64,000 bases of DNA from an uncultured Holophagales bacterium (GCA_963842525.1 CAWJGT010000009.1:1152001-1216000), one strand, 5' to 3'. Counted from the stretch's first letter, positions 9,302 through 20,309 are shown. Notes: generated by a model not told the origin, from the sequence alone. A program made the numbers and translations.

Positions 9302-11653
9302 CTATTTGGGATACAACCGCGTGGCCGGCACCACCTGCTTCGGCAGCCCGGTGGCTGACCACAGGAGCCGTGCGATGGCGGTGTCTTCGCGCTCCTGATA
9401 ATCGACCCGGATGTTATAGCGCTGGCCGGCCTGGAGCGTGATGGCTCCCTGGGCTTCGCTCAAGGGGTGGCTGCCCCAGTGATCGATCAGGAGCTTGTTG
9501 TCAATCCAGAGCCGCATGCCGTCGTCGCTCGCAATATAGAAGGTGAAGGCGCCGCTTACCGCGGCTTCGATCCGGCCGGTCCAGCGCGCTGTGAAGAAGT
9601 CGGGCTCGATGCCGGGGATCGGCGGTCCTTCTCCCCAGTTGAAGTCGACGATCGGATCGTTGCGCGTCAACCGTTTTCCGTTGAAGCCGAGCTCGTCCCA
9701 ATAGTTGCCGGTCAGACCGGTCCCCTGGCCGGTGCCGGCGGTGCGGAAACGTGCCGTATAGGTGGTGGCCGTGCCAGGTGTCTTGATCTCATGGGTGGCG
9801 TCGCCGCCGTCCGACCAGCCGGCGAAAACCCAGCTCTTCCCATTCGCGTTTTGCGGCGAGACCACGCCCAGCGCACGCCGGGCGCCGACGACGCCGAGCA
9901 CCTGCAACGGCGTGGTGACCGGGTTGCCGTCGAGGGTCACCTTGAGGCCCGCCGGCTCGGTGGCAAGGCTGAGGAGCGCTTTCCGCGGCACGATATCGAC
10001 CGAGGTCTCGGCGGTGCGTCCTCCCTTGTCGGCGACACGCAGGTGGATGCGATAGAAGACATTGGCCGAGGTCTCGCCGAGACGCGGAATGACGAAGCTG
10101 CCGCGAATGGCGCCGGTCTTGGGTGCCACGAAGGGATGGAAGTGGACGTCGTGATGAAGGTCCACCCACCAGGTGAAGCGCGCCGGGGAGACCTTGCCGT
10201 CCTCGGGATCGCTGGCCGTGCCGGCATAGTCGATGCGGTCGCCGGCGCGGTAGAGGGTGCGGTTCGCGGGCGCGGTGATCACCGGCACCGGCGGCCGGTT
10301 GGTGGTCACGGTGAGGGTGGCCGCGCGGCTGGTGGCGCTGCCGGATTCGTTGCGTACGACCACGGAGAAGGTGGCGCGGTTGTCGCCGAGGACTGCCGCG
10401 GGGAGGGTGAGCCTGGCCGCGGTGGCGCCCGGGATGTCGACGTTGCCGCGGCGCCACTGGTAGAGCAGGGGAGCGGCGCCCGAGGCAACGACTGAAAAGC
10501 TTGCAGTTTCGCCGACGCTTACAGTGGCGTCCGACGGCTGGACGGAGATATGGGGTTCCAGCGTGGCGGTGTAGTCGATGCGTACGACCGTTCCCGCATT
10601 GCGCTGGAGGACGAACAGGGCACCGTCGGGCGCGACGTCGAGGTCGACCGGGGACAGTCCCTCGAAGGCAAAGTAGGTTCCCTGGATACCGGCCGCCGGA
10701 TCGAACCGCCGGATCCATCCCCGGCAGTAGTCGGCGAAGAAATAGTTGCCGTGGTAGATCTCCGGGAAATGTGGCTCTTCGGCCTCGTAGAAGACTCCGC
10801 CGGTGATGGCGCAGCCCGAGTTGCGTTCCGGCGGATGCGGATAGGTGAAGAGCGGCGCGCGGAACCGCGTGTCGTCGGTCGGGCCTTCCGTCTCCGGCCA
10901 GCCGTAGTTGGCGCCGGCCATGCCCTCGTTGATCTCCTCCCACGTCGAGGCGCCGACGTCGTTGACGAACAGGCGTCCGGTCTCCTGCTGGAAGGCGAAG
11001 GTGAAGGGGTTGCGGAAGCCCAGGGCCCAGATGGCGCGCGCGAGGCCGGTGGTCTGGCTATAGAAAGGGTTATCCGCCGGGATCGTCCCGTCGCGGTTCA
11101 AGCGTAGGATCTTGCCGAAAGGCGTCGTGAGGACCTGCGCCTGCATGGCCCGCGCGTTCTCGCCCACTGCGAGGTAGAGCTTGCCATCGGGTCCGAAGTG
11201 CATGGCGCCGCCGTTGTGGATGGGCGCCTGGAGCACCGGCAGGTCGACCAGCGCGGTCTCGCTGCCGGGCACTGCGCGGTCGCCATCCGCGGTGAAGCGG
11301 CTGAGCCGGTTGTGAACGACGGGCTGGAGCGCAGTGTAATAGACGTAGACCCAGCCATTGCTCTCGAAATCCGGATCGAAAACGACGCCGACCAGCCCCC
11401 GTTCACCATCCGTGCTGACCGCCACCTTCAGGAACGGCTCGGGGAGGAGCACGTTGTTTTTGATCACGCGCAGCTCGCCCGTCTGCTGGCAGACGAAGAT
11501 GCGTCCATCCGGTGCGATCGCCATGGCCGTGGGGCTCGCAAGGCCGCTGGCCACGAGGGTTTCGGCGAAGCCTTCCGGCAGACGCATGGCGGAGGCGGTG
11601 GTGGGGAGGCAGAGGATGAGGAGGACCAGGACCCAGCGATGAAAGTTCTTCAT
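9302..11653 (-). CDS. PQQ-dependent (glucose/sorbosone) sugar dehydrogenase-like beta-propeller with Ig-like and PA14 domains
   Basis: Signal peptide; GERGLVG, HNGGAMHFGPDGKLY, GKILRLN, ALGFRNPF, GANYGWP; C-terminal PA14 (DFNWG..FTARWTG..SDDGMRLWID). Confidence 0.9.
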   Translation of the reverse strand: MKNFHRWVLVLLILCLPTTASAMRLPEGFAETLVASGLASPTAMAIAPDGRIFVCQQTGELRVIKNNVLLPEPFLKVAVSTDGERGLVGVVFDPDFESNGWVYVYYTALQPVVHNRLSRFTADGDRAVPGSETALVDLPVLQAPIHNGGAMHFGPDGKLYLAVGENARAMQAQVLTTPFGKILRLNRDGTIPADNPFYSQTTGLARAIWALGFRNPFTFAFQQETGRLFVNDVGASTWEEINEGMAGANYGWPETEGPTDDTRFRAPLFTYPHPPERNSGCAITGGVFYEAEEPHFPEIYHGNYFFADYCRGWIRRFDPAAGIQGTYFAFEGLSPVDLDVAPDGALFVLQRNAGTVVRIDYTATLEPHISVQPSDATVSVGETASFSVVASGAAPLLYQWRRGNVDIPGATAARLTLPAAVLGDNRATFSVVVRNESGSATSRAATLTVTTNRPPVPVITAPANRTLYRAGDRIDYAGTASDPEDGKVSPARFTWWVDLHHDVHFHPFVAPKTGAIRGSFVIPRLGETSANVFYRIHLRVADKGGRTAETSVDIVPRKALLSLATEPAGLKVTLDGNPVTTPLQVLGVVGARRALGVVSPQNANGKSWVFAGWSDGGDATHEIKTPGTATTYTARFRTAGTGQGTGLTGNYWDELGFNGKRLTRNDPIVDFNWGEGPPIPGIEPDFFTARWTGRIEAAVSGAFTFYIASDDGMRLWIDNKLLIDHWGSHPLSEAQGAITLQAGQRYNIRVDYQEREDTAIARLLWSATGLPKQVVPATRLYPK

Positions 11654-11901
11654 GAAGTGAGCGGCTCTTCTTGAGGGCTGCCTAGAAACTGATGCAGCAG
11701 AGTCAGCGAATCAATTTCGGGGAGCCGGCCGTCGTTGCGTTTGCGGACGAGCACGGAAATCACCTCGAGAAGCCCGAGGCTCAGACACATTTTGCGATCG
11801 GGCCCTGCGAGTTGGAAGGCTTCATTGACGAGACGCGTACCTTCCTCCCGCGAGTAGCGCTTGACTAGCGCGCTGGCATCGAAATAGACCCAGTGCGCCA
11901 A
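11650..11901 (-). pseudogene. vapC: PIN-domain (VapC) toxin, C-terminally truncated
   Basis: YFDASALVKRYSREEGT..LEVISVLVRKRNDG. Only 83 aa; lacks the later LR.LDA motif. Confidence 0.7.
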
Positions 11902-11905
11902 ACGC

Positions 11906-12215
11906 TTACTCGTCCCGGGCCTGGATGAGCCTGCGGCTCAATTCGTTGGATTCCAGTCCGGAGCTCTGGGTCATTTCCTGGACCTCCAGGGCTCCGATCG
12001 GCCGATCTTCGATCGACAGGTCCCGAAACAGGTCCGCCGCCCACTTCCGGAGGACTGCTTTTTCGACCCGCGGGAGGCGAGGTGCTCTCGTTGTGACGGC
12101 AGGAGAGCCTGTACGGGGTTCGCGGCGTAGCTCTTCGAGACCCCAGCGGACAGCCCTCCTCCTCGATCCGGTGGAGCCGGTCGGTCAGTTGCTGTATTGC
12201 GGAGATTCGGGCCAT
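11906..12215 (-). CDS. Probable VapB-type antitoxin (frameshift near 12150)
   Basis: Directly upstream of the PIN gene. After the shift it reads AVRWGLEELRR...SNELSRRLIQARDE*, a typical antitoxin C-terminus. Confidence 0.5.
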
Positions 12216-12468
12216 GGTCTACCTCGTGGTCCTAGGATACACCCCGATGCTATCCCTTGTGCTGCTCCAGCAGCGGCGCCGCGCTTTCGATCTCGCGCTC
12301 CAGGGCGGTGAGGAGGTCGGTGGCGGCGGCGAGCGGCGGCCAGGGAGAGGCCGAGGGCGAGGGTACGGAGGCGTCGCAAATCCATGGCCCGGGCCACCCG
12401 GGTCTCTCTCTGTCTGGGAGCGTCGGAGCTATTGTTGCCACACGGCGGGGCGGTCGGAGCCGGCGTCG

Positions 12469-12571
12469 AGCCCGGCGATGAATCGCCGGGCTAGCAATGG
12501 CGCCCCATGAATGGGGCTTGAAAGCCGGGTTCACCCGGCGCTGTTCCTAGCCCGGGCATTCATGCCCGGGC
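12469..12571. repeat. REP/BIME-like cluster of four short palindromes
   Basis: agcccggcgatgaatcgccgggct, gccccatgaatggggc, gccgggttcacccggc, gcccgggcattcatgcccgggc. Outer pair has CTAG feet. Overlaps the stop codon of the methyltransferase. Confidence 0.7.
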
Positions 12572-13645
12572 GGCAGGGATCGATTCCGCCGTCACCAGGT
12601 GCACCCGGTACTCCATCACAGCCCGGTCATGCAGCCGCACCCGCCAGGAGAGAGAGGGCTCCTCGGCAACGATCCGCAGCCCTTCGACTGAGGCGGGGTG
12701 GGCGCCCGGGGTGAGCAGGGCACGCAGGACCGGCTCGCTGGCTCCGGCGTTTTCGCCGCGCTGGGAGTGGCCTCCGAGCCAGGCCTCGACGGGCGTCGCG
12801 TTCGGCGACCAGTCATAGGGGGTGGAGAGGATCGCCTTCCCGTTGTCTGCGAGAAGCCGGGGGAGCGAGGCGAGGAGGTCGTGTGGGGACTGGACACAGT
12901 CGAGGACGTTCAGGCCCACAATGGCTGCAAAGCTGCCGATGGGGAAGGGGAGGGCGAGGGCGTCGCAGGCCCAGAAGTCGACGTTCTCCGCGCTCGGGAA
13001 GCTCGCCGGGAAATCGCGGCGGTCGTAGACGAGGCCGACGCGGCGGCGGGGGTAGCGGACCAGCTCCTCCCGCAGGACCCGGGCAGCCAGGCGGAGCATG
13101 GCGTAGCTCAAGTCCACCCCCAGGACGAGGCGGCCCGTGCGCGCAGCCAGCTCGAAGGTGGTCCGGCCGACGGCACAGCCGAGGTCGAGGAGGGGGCCTT
13201 CGGGGATCTCCGCTCCCAGGTCCAGGCCCCTCTCCAGGACGCGGACGACCGAGCCGGATTCGGCTGGCAACTCCTCAGGATCGAGGTCGCCGTAGTGGTC
13301 CCAGGCATAGGTGGAGAGGTGCTGGCGCGTGGTGTCGAACGCGGAGCCGGGGCCGCAGCAGTCGCCGAGGAGGGTCTCGGTCTCGGCCGCGAGGTCCTCC
13401 CGGGCATTGATCTGGTCGATGGCTCCGGCTATGTAGGCGCGCAGGTTCTGGAGGAGCAGGGGGATGCCGTCGAGGATCGGGTACTCGCGCAGGCAGGCTG
13501 GATCTGTGCAGCGCAGCGCCCCTTCGACGATGTGGCTTCCCTCCTCCCGGAGGACTACGGCGAGCGCGAGGGGAACATCCTGACTGCGGCCGGCCCGGCA
13601 GACGGGGCAGACCGGGCGGAGGGCCTCGAAGTGGCGCCGCCGCAG
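12560..13645 (-). CDS. Class I SAM methyltransferase with N-terminal Trm112-like Zn ribbon (CTG start inferred)
   Basis: Frame extends upstream of the ORF call to LRRRHFEALRPVCPVC..GALRCTDPACLREYPILDGIPLL. SAM motif LDLGCAVGR, GVDLS, CDALALPF. Confidence 0.8.
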   Translation of the reverse strand: MRRRHFEALRPVCPVCRAGRSQDVPLALAVVLREEGSHIVEGALRCTDPACLREYPILDGIPLLLQNLRAYIAGAIDQINAREDLAAETETLLGDCCGPGSAFDTTRQHLSTYAWDHYGDLDPEELPAESGSVVRVLERGLDLGAEIPEGPLLDLGCAVGRTTFELAARTGRLVLGVDLSYAMLRLAARVLREELVRYPRRRVGLVYDRRDFPASFPSAENVDFWACDALALPFPIGSFAAIVGLNVLDCVQSPHDLLASLPRLLADNGKAILSTPYDWSPNATPVEAWLGGHSQRGENAGASEPVLRALLTPGAHPASVEGLRIVAEEPSLSWRVRLHDRAVMEYRVHLVTAESIPAARA

Positions 13646-13646
13646 C

Positions 13647-14033
13647 CTAGCCTCCGATCAGCACCGTCGGGCAACCCGGCGGCAGCACCTTGCCGGTGGG
13701 GCCGGGGATCGGCGCCACGCAGCCGGTATGGGCCGTCATGTCCCCGACCCGCGCCGCGGGCATGTTCTCGATCAGCACGGTCGCCGAGCCCAGCGCGATC
13801 ATCCCCGGACCGTTGGGCACGCAGGAGGGCAGCATGCAGGGCGCCGTGGTGTCCGTGAGCCGCGCCGCCGGCTGGCCGCCGATCAGCACGGTCCCCGCGC
13901 CCTTGATGATGGCCAGCGGCAACGCCGGATGTGCCACGGGTGTCGGCGTCGGGGCCGGCGGATGGATCGGCGCATGGCAATGTGGTGAATCCTGGAGCAC
14001 CTGGTCCCCCAGGCGGGCCGCGGGCTTGGACAT
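13647..14033 (-). CDS. PAAR domain protein (contractile injection spike tip)
   Basis: KPAARLGD, QPAARLTD, MPAARVGD motifs; ends GCPTVLIGG. Confidence 0.92.
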   Translation of the reverse strand: MSKPAARLGDQVLQDSPHCHAPIHPPAPTPTPVAHPALPLAIIKGAGTVLIGGQPAARLTDTTAPCMLPSCVPNGPGMIALGSATVLIENMPAARVGDMTAHTGCVAPIPGPTGKVLPPGCPTVLIGG

Positions 14034-14040
14034 GGCCTCC

Positions 14041-14046
14041 ATTATA
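14041..14046 (-). promoter_or_regulatory. -10 box (TATAAT) 7 nt upstream of the PAAR start codon
   Basis: Reverse strand reads TATAATggaggccATG. Confidence 0.5.
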
Positions 14047-14105
14047 CGGACGCGCAGCATGCCGCGCCCGTCTGCTAAGATCGATCCATCCCAGCGGTTT
14101 CCTTC

Positions 14106-16929
14106 ATGAGTCTGGACCTCAAGACACTCATCGACAAGCTCAACCCGACCTGCCGGCGGGTCCTCGAAGAGTCGGCAGGCCTCTGTGTGTCGCAAACCCA
14201 CTACAACGTCGAGGTGGAGCACTTCGTCGCCAAGCTCCTGGACCTGCCGGATTCGTACGACTCCGACCTCCGGCGGGCCTTGCGCCAGTACGACGTGGAC
14301 CGCACCGCCGTGGTGCGGGAGATCCAGGGGTCGCTTTCCCGGTTCGAGCGCGGCAACTCGCGGACGCCTGCCTTCTCGCAGCAGCTCCTCCTGCTCCTGC
14401 GCGAGGCGTGGCTCGCCTCGACGCTGCAGCTCCAGACGCCGGCCATCCGCACCGGCTCCCTGCTGCTCACCCTGCTCGGCCACGACATGCTGCGCGGGCT
14501 GATCCTCCAGTCGGTTCCCTCGCTCGGCAAGATCCCGCGCGACAAGCTGAACGAGGATGCTCCCGCGCTGTTCCGCGGCTCGGCTGAGGACGGCCAGCGC
14601 TCGACCTCGGCCCCGGCCTCGACGGCGGGGCTGCGCCCGAGCGGCTCGCCGGCGCCGGCACCGTCCGGGACGTCAGGATCGGATCTCCTCGAGCCGTCGA
14701 ACACCCCGGCGCTCGACCAGTACACGATCGACCTGACGGCGATGGCCCGCGCGGGCAAGATCGACCCGATCCTCGGGCGCGATTCCGAGATCCGGCAGGT
14801 GATCGACATCCTCTCGCGGCGGCGGCAGAACAACCCGATCCTCACCGGCGAGGCGGGCGTGGGCAAGACCGCGGTGGTCGAGGGGTTCGCGCTGCGCATC
14901 GCCGCCGGGCGACGTGCCGCCGGTCGCATCGCAACATCTCGCTGCGCCTGCTCGATCTCGGCCTGCTCCAGGCCGGCGCCGGGGTCAAGGGCGAGTTCGA
15001 GAACCGCCTGAAGTCGGTGATCGAGGAGGTCAAGGGGTCGCCGAAGCCGATCATCCTCTTCATCGACGAGGCGCACACCCTGATCGGCGCCGGCGGCGCG
15101 GCCGGGCAGGGGGACGCGGCCAACCTGCTCAAGCCGGCGCTGGCCCGCGGCGAGCTGCGCACGATCGCCGCCACCACCTGGGCCGAGTACAAGAAGTACT
15201 TCGAGAAGGACCCCGCCCTCGCCCGCCGCTTCCAGGTGGTCAAGGTGGAGGAGCCGTCCGAGGAGAGCGCGACCGACATGCTGCGCGGCCTCGTCGCCAT
15301 GCTCGAGCAGCACCACGGGGTGCGCATCCTCGACGAGGCGATCGCGCGACGCGGTCGCGCTCTCCCACCGCTACATCACCGGCCGGCAGCTCCCGGACAA
15401 GGCGGTCAGCGTGCTCGACACCGCCTGCGCCCGGGTCGCAACTGGCCCAGAACGGGACGCCGGCCTCGCTGGAGGAGGTCCAGCGCGAGATCCGGCGGAT
15501 CGACAGCGAGATGGAGATGCTCCGCCGCGAGCTGGCCACAGGCCCGCGGCGCGGGAAACGGTCGCGGACTGTCACTCCCGAGACCCTGGGGGCCGACCTC
15601 GCGCGCCAGGTCGCCCGCCGCTCCGAGCTGGAGCAGCGATGGAAGCGGGAGCTCGAGCTCGTCCGCCAGATCCTCGATTTGCAGAAGGAGATCGAGCAGC
15701 AGACTACAGGTGCGCCTGCGGAGCCGGGCCCCTCACCCCCGGCCCCTCTCCCATCGCCCCCCCTTCCCCCGGGAGAGGGGAGAAAGAAAGACGAAATTCC
15801 GAGCGAGGCAAAGGCGCCTGACCCGGCCCAGCTCCGGCGGCTGACCTCGCGCCTGGAACGGCTGCGGCAGGAGCTGGAGAGCATCCAGGGCGAGGACCCG
15901 ATGGTCCCCTTCTGCGTCGACTCGCGGGAGGTCGCCGCCGTGGTGTCGGCCTGGACCGGCATCCCCGCGGGCAAGATGCAGACCGACGCGATCCGGGGCG
16001 TCCTCACCCTGCGCGACCGCATGGCGGAGCGGGTCGTGGGCCAGGACCACGCCCTGGAGGCCATCTGCCGGCGCATCCACACCTCGCGGGCGGGGCTCGA
16101 CGATCCCGCCAAGCCGATCGGCGTCTTCCTGCTCGTCGGCCCGAGCGGCGTCGGCAAGACAGAGACCGCGGTCACGCTGGCGGACCTGCTCTACGGCGGC
16201 TCGCGCAACATGGTCGTGGTCAACATGTCGGAGTTCCAGGAGGCGCACACGGTCTCGACCCTGAAAGGCGCACCGCCGGGTTATGTCGGCTATGGCACCG
16301 GCGGCGTCCTCACCGAAGCGGTGCGGCGCAACCCCTACAGCGTCGTGCTGCTGGACGAGATGGAGAAGGCCCATCCGGACGTGGCCGAGCTCTTCTATCA
16401 GGTTTTCGACAAGGGGACGCTGGAGGACGGCGAAGGGGTGCCGGTCGACTTCAGGAACACGATCATCCTCCTGACCTCGAACCTGGGCTCCGACGTGATT
16501 GTGCGCTCGTGCCGGGATGTGCGGGACGGGGACCGCCCCGACCCCGAGCGGCTGACCGAGGCGGTGCGGCCGGCCCTGCTGCGCCATTTCAAGGCGGCAC
16601 TCCTCGGTCGCCTGGTCGTGGTGCCGTACTACCCGTTGGGCGACCGCGAGATCCGCGAGATCGTGGAGCTCAAGCTGGCGCGCATCCGCCAGCGGGTGCG
16701 CGACAGCCACCATGCCGAGCTTACCTACGGCGAAGAGCTGGTCGAGGCCATCGCGGGCCGCTGCACCGAGGTCGAGAGCGGCGCGCGCAACGTCGACCAC
16801 ATCCTCACTCACAGCCTGCTGCCGGAGCTCTCCGGGGCTCTGCTCGAGCGCCTCGCCGCGGGCGAGGGGTTTTCCAAGGTCCACGTCGGGCTGGAGGACT
16901 CCGGGGGGTTCCGGTACATGGTGAGATAG
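14106..16929 (+). CDS. tssH: Type VI secretion ATPase ClpV (several frameshifts near 14915-14935, 15345, 15440)
   Basis: [96 protein letters not shown]. Confidence 0.93.
15729..15781. repeat. Palindromic REP element inserted in frame in tssH
   Basis: ccctcacccccggcccctctcccatc...gggagagggg; same family as 29591, 41994 and 53846. Confidence 0.7.
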
Positions 16930-16942
16930 ATTGGTGAGGTAA

Positions 16943-19018
16943 ATGGCCTACACCCAGGACACCGCGTACCTCTCGGTTTCGACGCCGCTCGGCAAGGACA
17001 AGCTCCTGCTGCGCGGCTTTCATGGCTCGGAGGGGATCTCCGAGCCGTTCGTTTTCAGCCTGCGCATGCAGTCCGAAGACACCGCCCTCGACTTCACGGC
17101 GATCGTGGGCAAGAGCGCGACGATCACAGCCGTGCTCTCCGACGGCAGCAAGCGCTATATCAACGGGATCGTCGGCCGCTTCCTGCAGGCGGGCTCCGAG
17201 CAGGGGTTCGCCAACTATCACGCCGAGCTCCACCCCTGGCTCTGGATGCTCAATTTCTCGGCCGATTGCAAGATCTATCAAAATAAAACCGTGCCGCAGA
17301 TCCTGGAGGCCGTGTTCGGCGAGCTGGGGTTCACCGACTTCAAGAACAGCCTGACCGGCACCTACGATCCGCGGGAATATTGCGTCCAATACAATGAGAG
17401 CCATTTCAATTTCGTCTCGCGCCTGATGGAAGACGAAGGGATCTATTACTATTTCGAGCACGCGGACGGCACGCACACCCTCGTCCTCGCCGACGACGCG
17501 GCGAGCGCCACCGCCTGCCCCGGGGCTGCCACGGCCGATTACGCATCCGGCCGCGACCGCTGGGAGCAGCAGAACACGGTGACCCGCTGCGAGCTCGAGA
17601 ACCGGGTGATCTCCGGCAAGTTCGCCGTCGACGACTTCAATTTCGAAACCCCCTCGACCGACCTGATCGCCAGCACGGACTCGACCGTGGCGATCGACGG
17701 CTCGAAGCGCCGAGTGTACGAATACCCCGGCGGATTCATCCTGAAGGACAAGGGGGACGCGCGCGCCAAGCTGCGTATCGAAGGGTGTGAATCCCCGGCC
17801 AAGGTCCTGCGCGGCGACAGCAACTCCCCGGCCTTCACCACCGGCTACAAGTTCACGCTGGCGAAGCACTACCGTACCGACGCCAACGCCGGCTACGTGC
17901 TGTTGCGCGTCAACCATGCGGCCAATTGGGACGATTATTCAAATTCGTTCGAAGCCTTCCCCCTGGACCTCCCCTTCCGGCCGCCGCGGGTCAGCCGCAA
18001 GCCGGTGATCCCCAGCACCCAGACCGCCATCGTGGTCGGCAAGTCGGGCGAGGAGATCTGGACCGACAAGTACGGCCGCATCAAGGTCCAGTTCCACTGG
18101 GACCAGGTGGGCACCAAGGACGAGAACAGCTCCTGCTGGATCCGCGTCGCCCACGGCTGGGCAGGCAAGAGCTGGGGGCAGATCTACCTGCCGCGCATCG
18201 GCCAGGAGGTCGTGGTGAGCTTCCTCGAAGGGGACCCCGACCGGCCGCTGGTCACCGGCTCGGTCTACAACGCCGAGCAGACCGTGCCCTACACATTGCC
18301 GACCGATCAGACCAAGAGCACGATCAAGAGCAACTCCTCGAAGGGCGGCGGCGGCTTCAACGAGCTCCGTTTTGAAGACAAGAAGGATTCCGAGGAGGTC
18401 TGGTTCCACGCCCAGAAGGACCACAACCTCCTCATCGAGAACAACCGCACCAAAGAGGTCAAGAACGACGAGGTCAACACGATCAAGAACAACCGCACGA
18501 CGACGATCCAGGAGAAGGACGACACCCTGATCGTCGACAAGGGCAAGCGGATCATCAAGGTCAACACCAGCGACGAAACACACGACGTCAAGGGCACGCG
18601 CACCTTGAAGGTCACCGGCGACGAGGCCCACACCGACGAAGCCAAGCTGACCTGGACCGTCACGGGCGACGTGAGCCACACCCACAAGGCCAAGTTCACC
18701 CAGGCCGTCACCGGCGACTACAGCCTCACCATCGACGGCAACCTGACGATCCACTGCAAGGGCGACATTTCGATCAAGGCCGACAAGGGTTTCAAGAACG
18801 AAGCCGGCATGGTTTTTTCGAACAAGGCGGGGACCGACCTCAAGAACGAGGCCGGCACGGCGCTGACCAACAAGTCGGGGACCGACCTGAAGAACGACGC
18901 GGGGACGAACCTGACCAACCAGGCCGCGATCACCATGACCAACAAGGCCTCTGCCTCGCAGACGGTGGACGGCGGCGGCATGCTGACGGTCAAGGGCGGC
19001 CTGGTGAAGATCAACTGA
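16943..19018 (+). CDS. vgrG: Type VI secretion spike protein VgrG
   Basis: EGISEPF, YCVQYNES..FVSRLMEDEGIYYYF, TDKYGRIKVQFHWD, PRIGQEVVVSFLEGDPDRP, FNELRFED; C-terminal 8-aa beta-helix repeats. Confidence 0.95.
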   Translation: MAYTQDTAYLSVSTPLGKDKLLLRGFHGSEGISEPFVFSLRMQSEDTALDFTAIVGKSATITAVLSDGSKRYINGIVGRFLQAGSEQGFANYHAELHPWLWMLNFSADCKIYQNKTVPQILEAVFGELGFTDFKNSLTGTYDPREYCVQYNESHFNFVSRLMEDEGIYYYFEHADGTHTLVLADDAASATACPGAATADYASGRDRWEQQNTVTRCELENRVISGKFAVDDFNFETPSTDLIASTDSTVAIDGSKRRVYEYPGGFILKDKGDARAKLRIEGCESPAKVLRGDSNSPAFTTGYKFTLAKHYRTDANAGYVLLRVNHAANWDDYSNSFEAFPLDLPFRPPRVSRKPVIPSTQTAIVVGKSGEEIWTDKYGRIKVQFHWDQVGTKDENSSCWIRVAHGWAGKSWGQIYLPRIGQEVVVSFLEGDPDRPLVTGSVYNAEQTVPYTLPTDQTKSTIKSNSSKGGGGFNELRFEDKKDSEEVWFHAQKDHNLLIENNRTKEVKNDEVNTIKNNRTTTIQEKDDTLIVDKGKRIIKVNTSDETHDVKGTRTLKVTGDEAHTDEAKLTWTVTGDVSHTHKAKFTQAVTGDYSLTIDGNLTIHCKGDISIKADKGFKNEAGMVFSNKAGTDLKNEAGTALTNKSGTDLKNDAGTNLTNQAAITMTNKASASQTVDGGGMLTVKGGLVKIN

Positions 19019-19025
19019 GGGGCGC

Positions 19026-20309
19026 ATGACCGGGCCGGATCTCCTGCTGCTGGCCGTCCTGGCCGCCGGCCTCACGGTGGCGGTCGTCCTCCTGCGCGGA
19101 TGGCGTCCGCGGCTCCGGCAAGCCGTTCCGCCTGCTCCCATCATTCCACCCGAGCCGCTTCCCGAGCCCGAGCCGCCCCCGGTTGATCCCAGTCCCGAGC
19201 CCGATCCTCCCGCGCCCTGGGACGAGGCCGCCGACCTGCGGCGGCTGGTGGACGGCACCCCCGAGCTCCATGCCCTCTACGAGAAGATCGGCTATCCGCC
19301 CGGAGTCGAGCGCGAGGCCGAGCGCCTCGCCGCCGACCTCGCGGCGCTGATCCATGCCGAGGTCCCGGACTGGGAGGCGTTCGATGTCGCGCTGTCCGAC
19401 GCCGAGGCCCAGCTCGGGCTGCCGGACACCGGGCAGCGCTACCGGAGCGAGGACGAGGAGCTGCTGCGGGAGGTCCTCCAGGCGCGGACCGATCGGGACG
19501 AGGTCCTCCGCCTGTTGAACCGCGACCCGGTGCGCCGGCTCCTCCCCTTCGTCGAGCAGCTTCCGCTGGTGCGCAACGGCGAGGTGGTCTGGCGGACGCC
19601 GATGGAGATGACGCTGATCCGCAAGCGTCCCACCGACTCGGAGGCCTTCCAGCGGCGGCTCGAAGAGCTGGAGCGCCTGGTACGGACCGCCCCGCTGCGC
19701 CGCAAACCGCCGGCGCGGGAGTCCGTGCTCGCCGCGCTCTCGCGGCTGCGCCGCGACCTCTCCCGGCCGAACGCCTACCTGCCGACCCCCATCCAGGCGC
19801 TGTCCGCCGCCCTGGACGAGTGGCTGCACCGCGCCCATGAGCCCGCCCTGCGCCGCCGCCGGGAGGAGCTGGACGACCTCCTGCTCGGCATGATCCAGGT
19901 GCGCCACATCCACAAGAACGGCGGGGAGGGAGGGGAAGGCCCGCGCGAGGCCGCCCGCCGCCTCGCGCAGCTCTATGCGGGCCAGCCCTGGATGCACACG
20001 CCCTGGCTGACGACCCGTGCCCTCACCATCCTCCTGGATGCCGAGCTCGCCCTCCTGCCCGAGGGAGAAGGGGAGGAGCCGGGCAGCCCCGCCGCCCCCG
20101 CTGCAGTCATCCGCCTCGTCCGCAACGAAGTCACCTCCCAGCATTACGACAGCGACGAGACGATCCGCCGGCTGCGCCAGCAGGAGGAGAAGGGCTTCTA
20201 CGTCCACAGCCTCGTCTACGCCCTGCTGCGGATGAACCGGCTGCCCACCGGCGCACCCGAAGAGCCGCCGTCAGGGCTGCGGCAGATCGACCCCCGAAGA
20301 GGCTCCTGA
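19026..20309 (+). CDS. Hypothetical N-terminally membrane-anchored helical protein in the vgrG operon
   Basis: TM LLLLAVLAAGLTVAVVLL, Pro-rich linker, 7 nt after the vgrG stop. Confidence 0.7.
   Translation: MTGPDLLLLAVLAAGLTVAVVLLRGWRPRLRQAVPPAPIIPPEPLPEPEPPPVDPSPEPDPPAPWDEAADLRRLVDGTPELHALYEKIGYPPGVEREAERLAADLAALIHAEVPDWEAFDVALSDAEAQLGLPDTGQRYRSEDEELLREVLQARTDRDEVLRLLNRDPVRRLLPFVEQLPLVRNGEVVWRTPMEMTLIRKRPTDSEAFQRRLEELERLVRTAPLRRKPPARESVLAALSRLRRDLSRPNAYLPTPIQALSAALDEWLHRAHEPALRRRREELDDLLLGMIQVRHIHKNGGEGGEGPREAARRLAQLYAGQPWMHTPWLTTRALTILLDAELALLPEGEGEEPGSPAAPAAVIRLVRNEVTSQHYDSDETIRRLRQQEEKGFYVHSLVYALLRMNRLPTGAPEEPPSGLRQIDPRRGS

Noticed and set aside
12250-12400. Small gene upstream of the antitoxin (MDLRRLRTLALGLSLAAA...)
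   Set aside because: Short and frameshifted; at most a gene remnant, so no product can be supported
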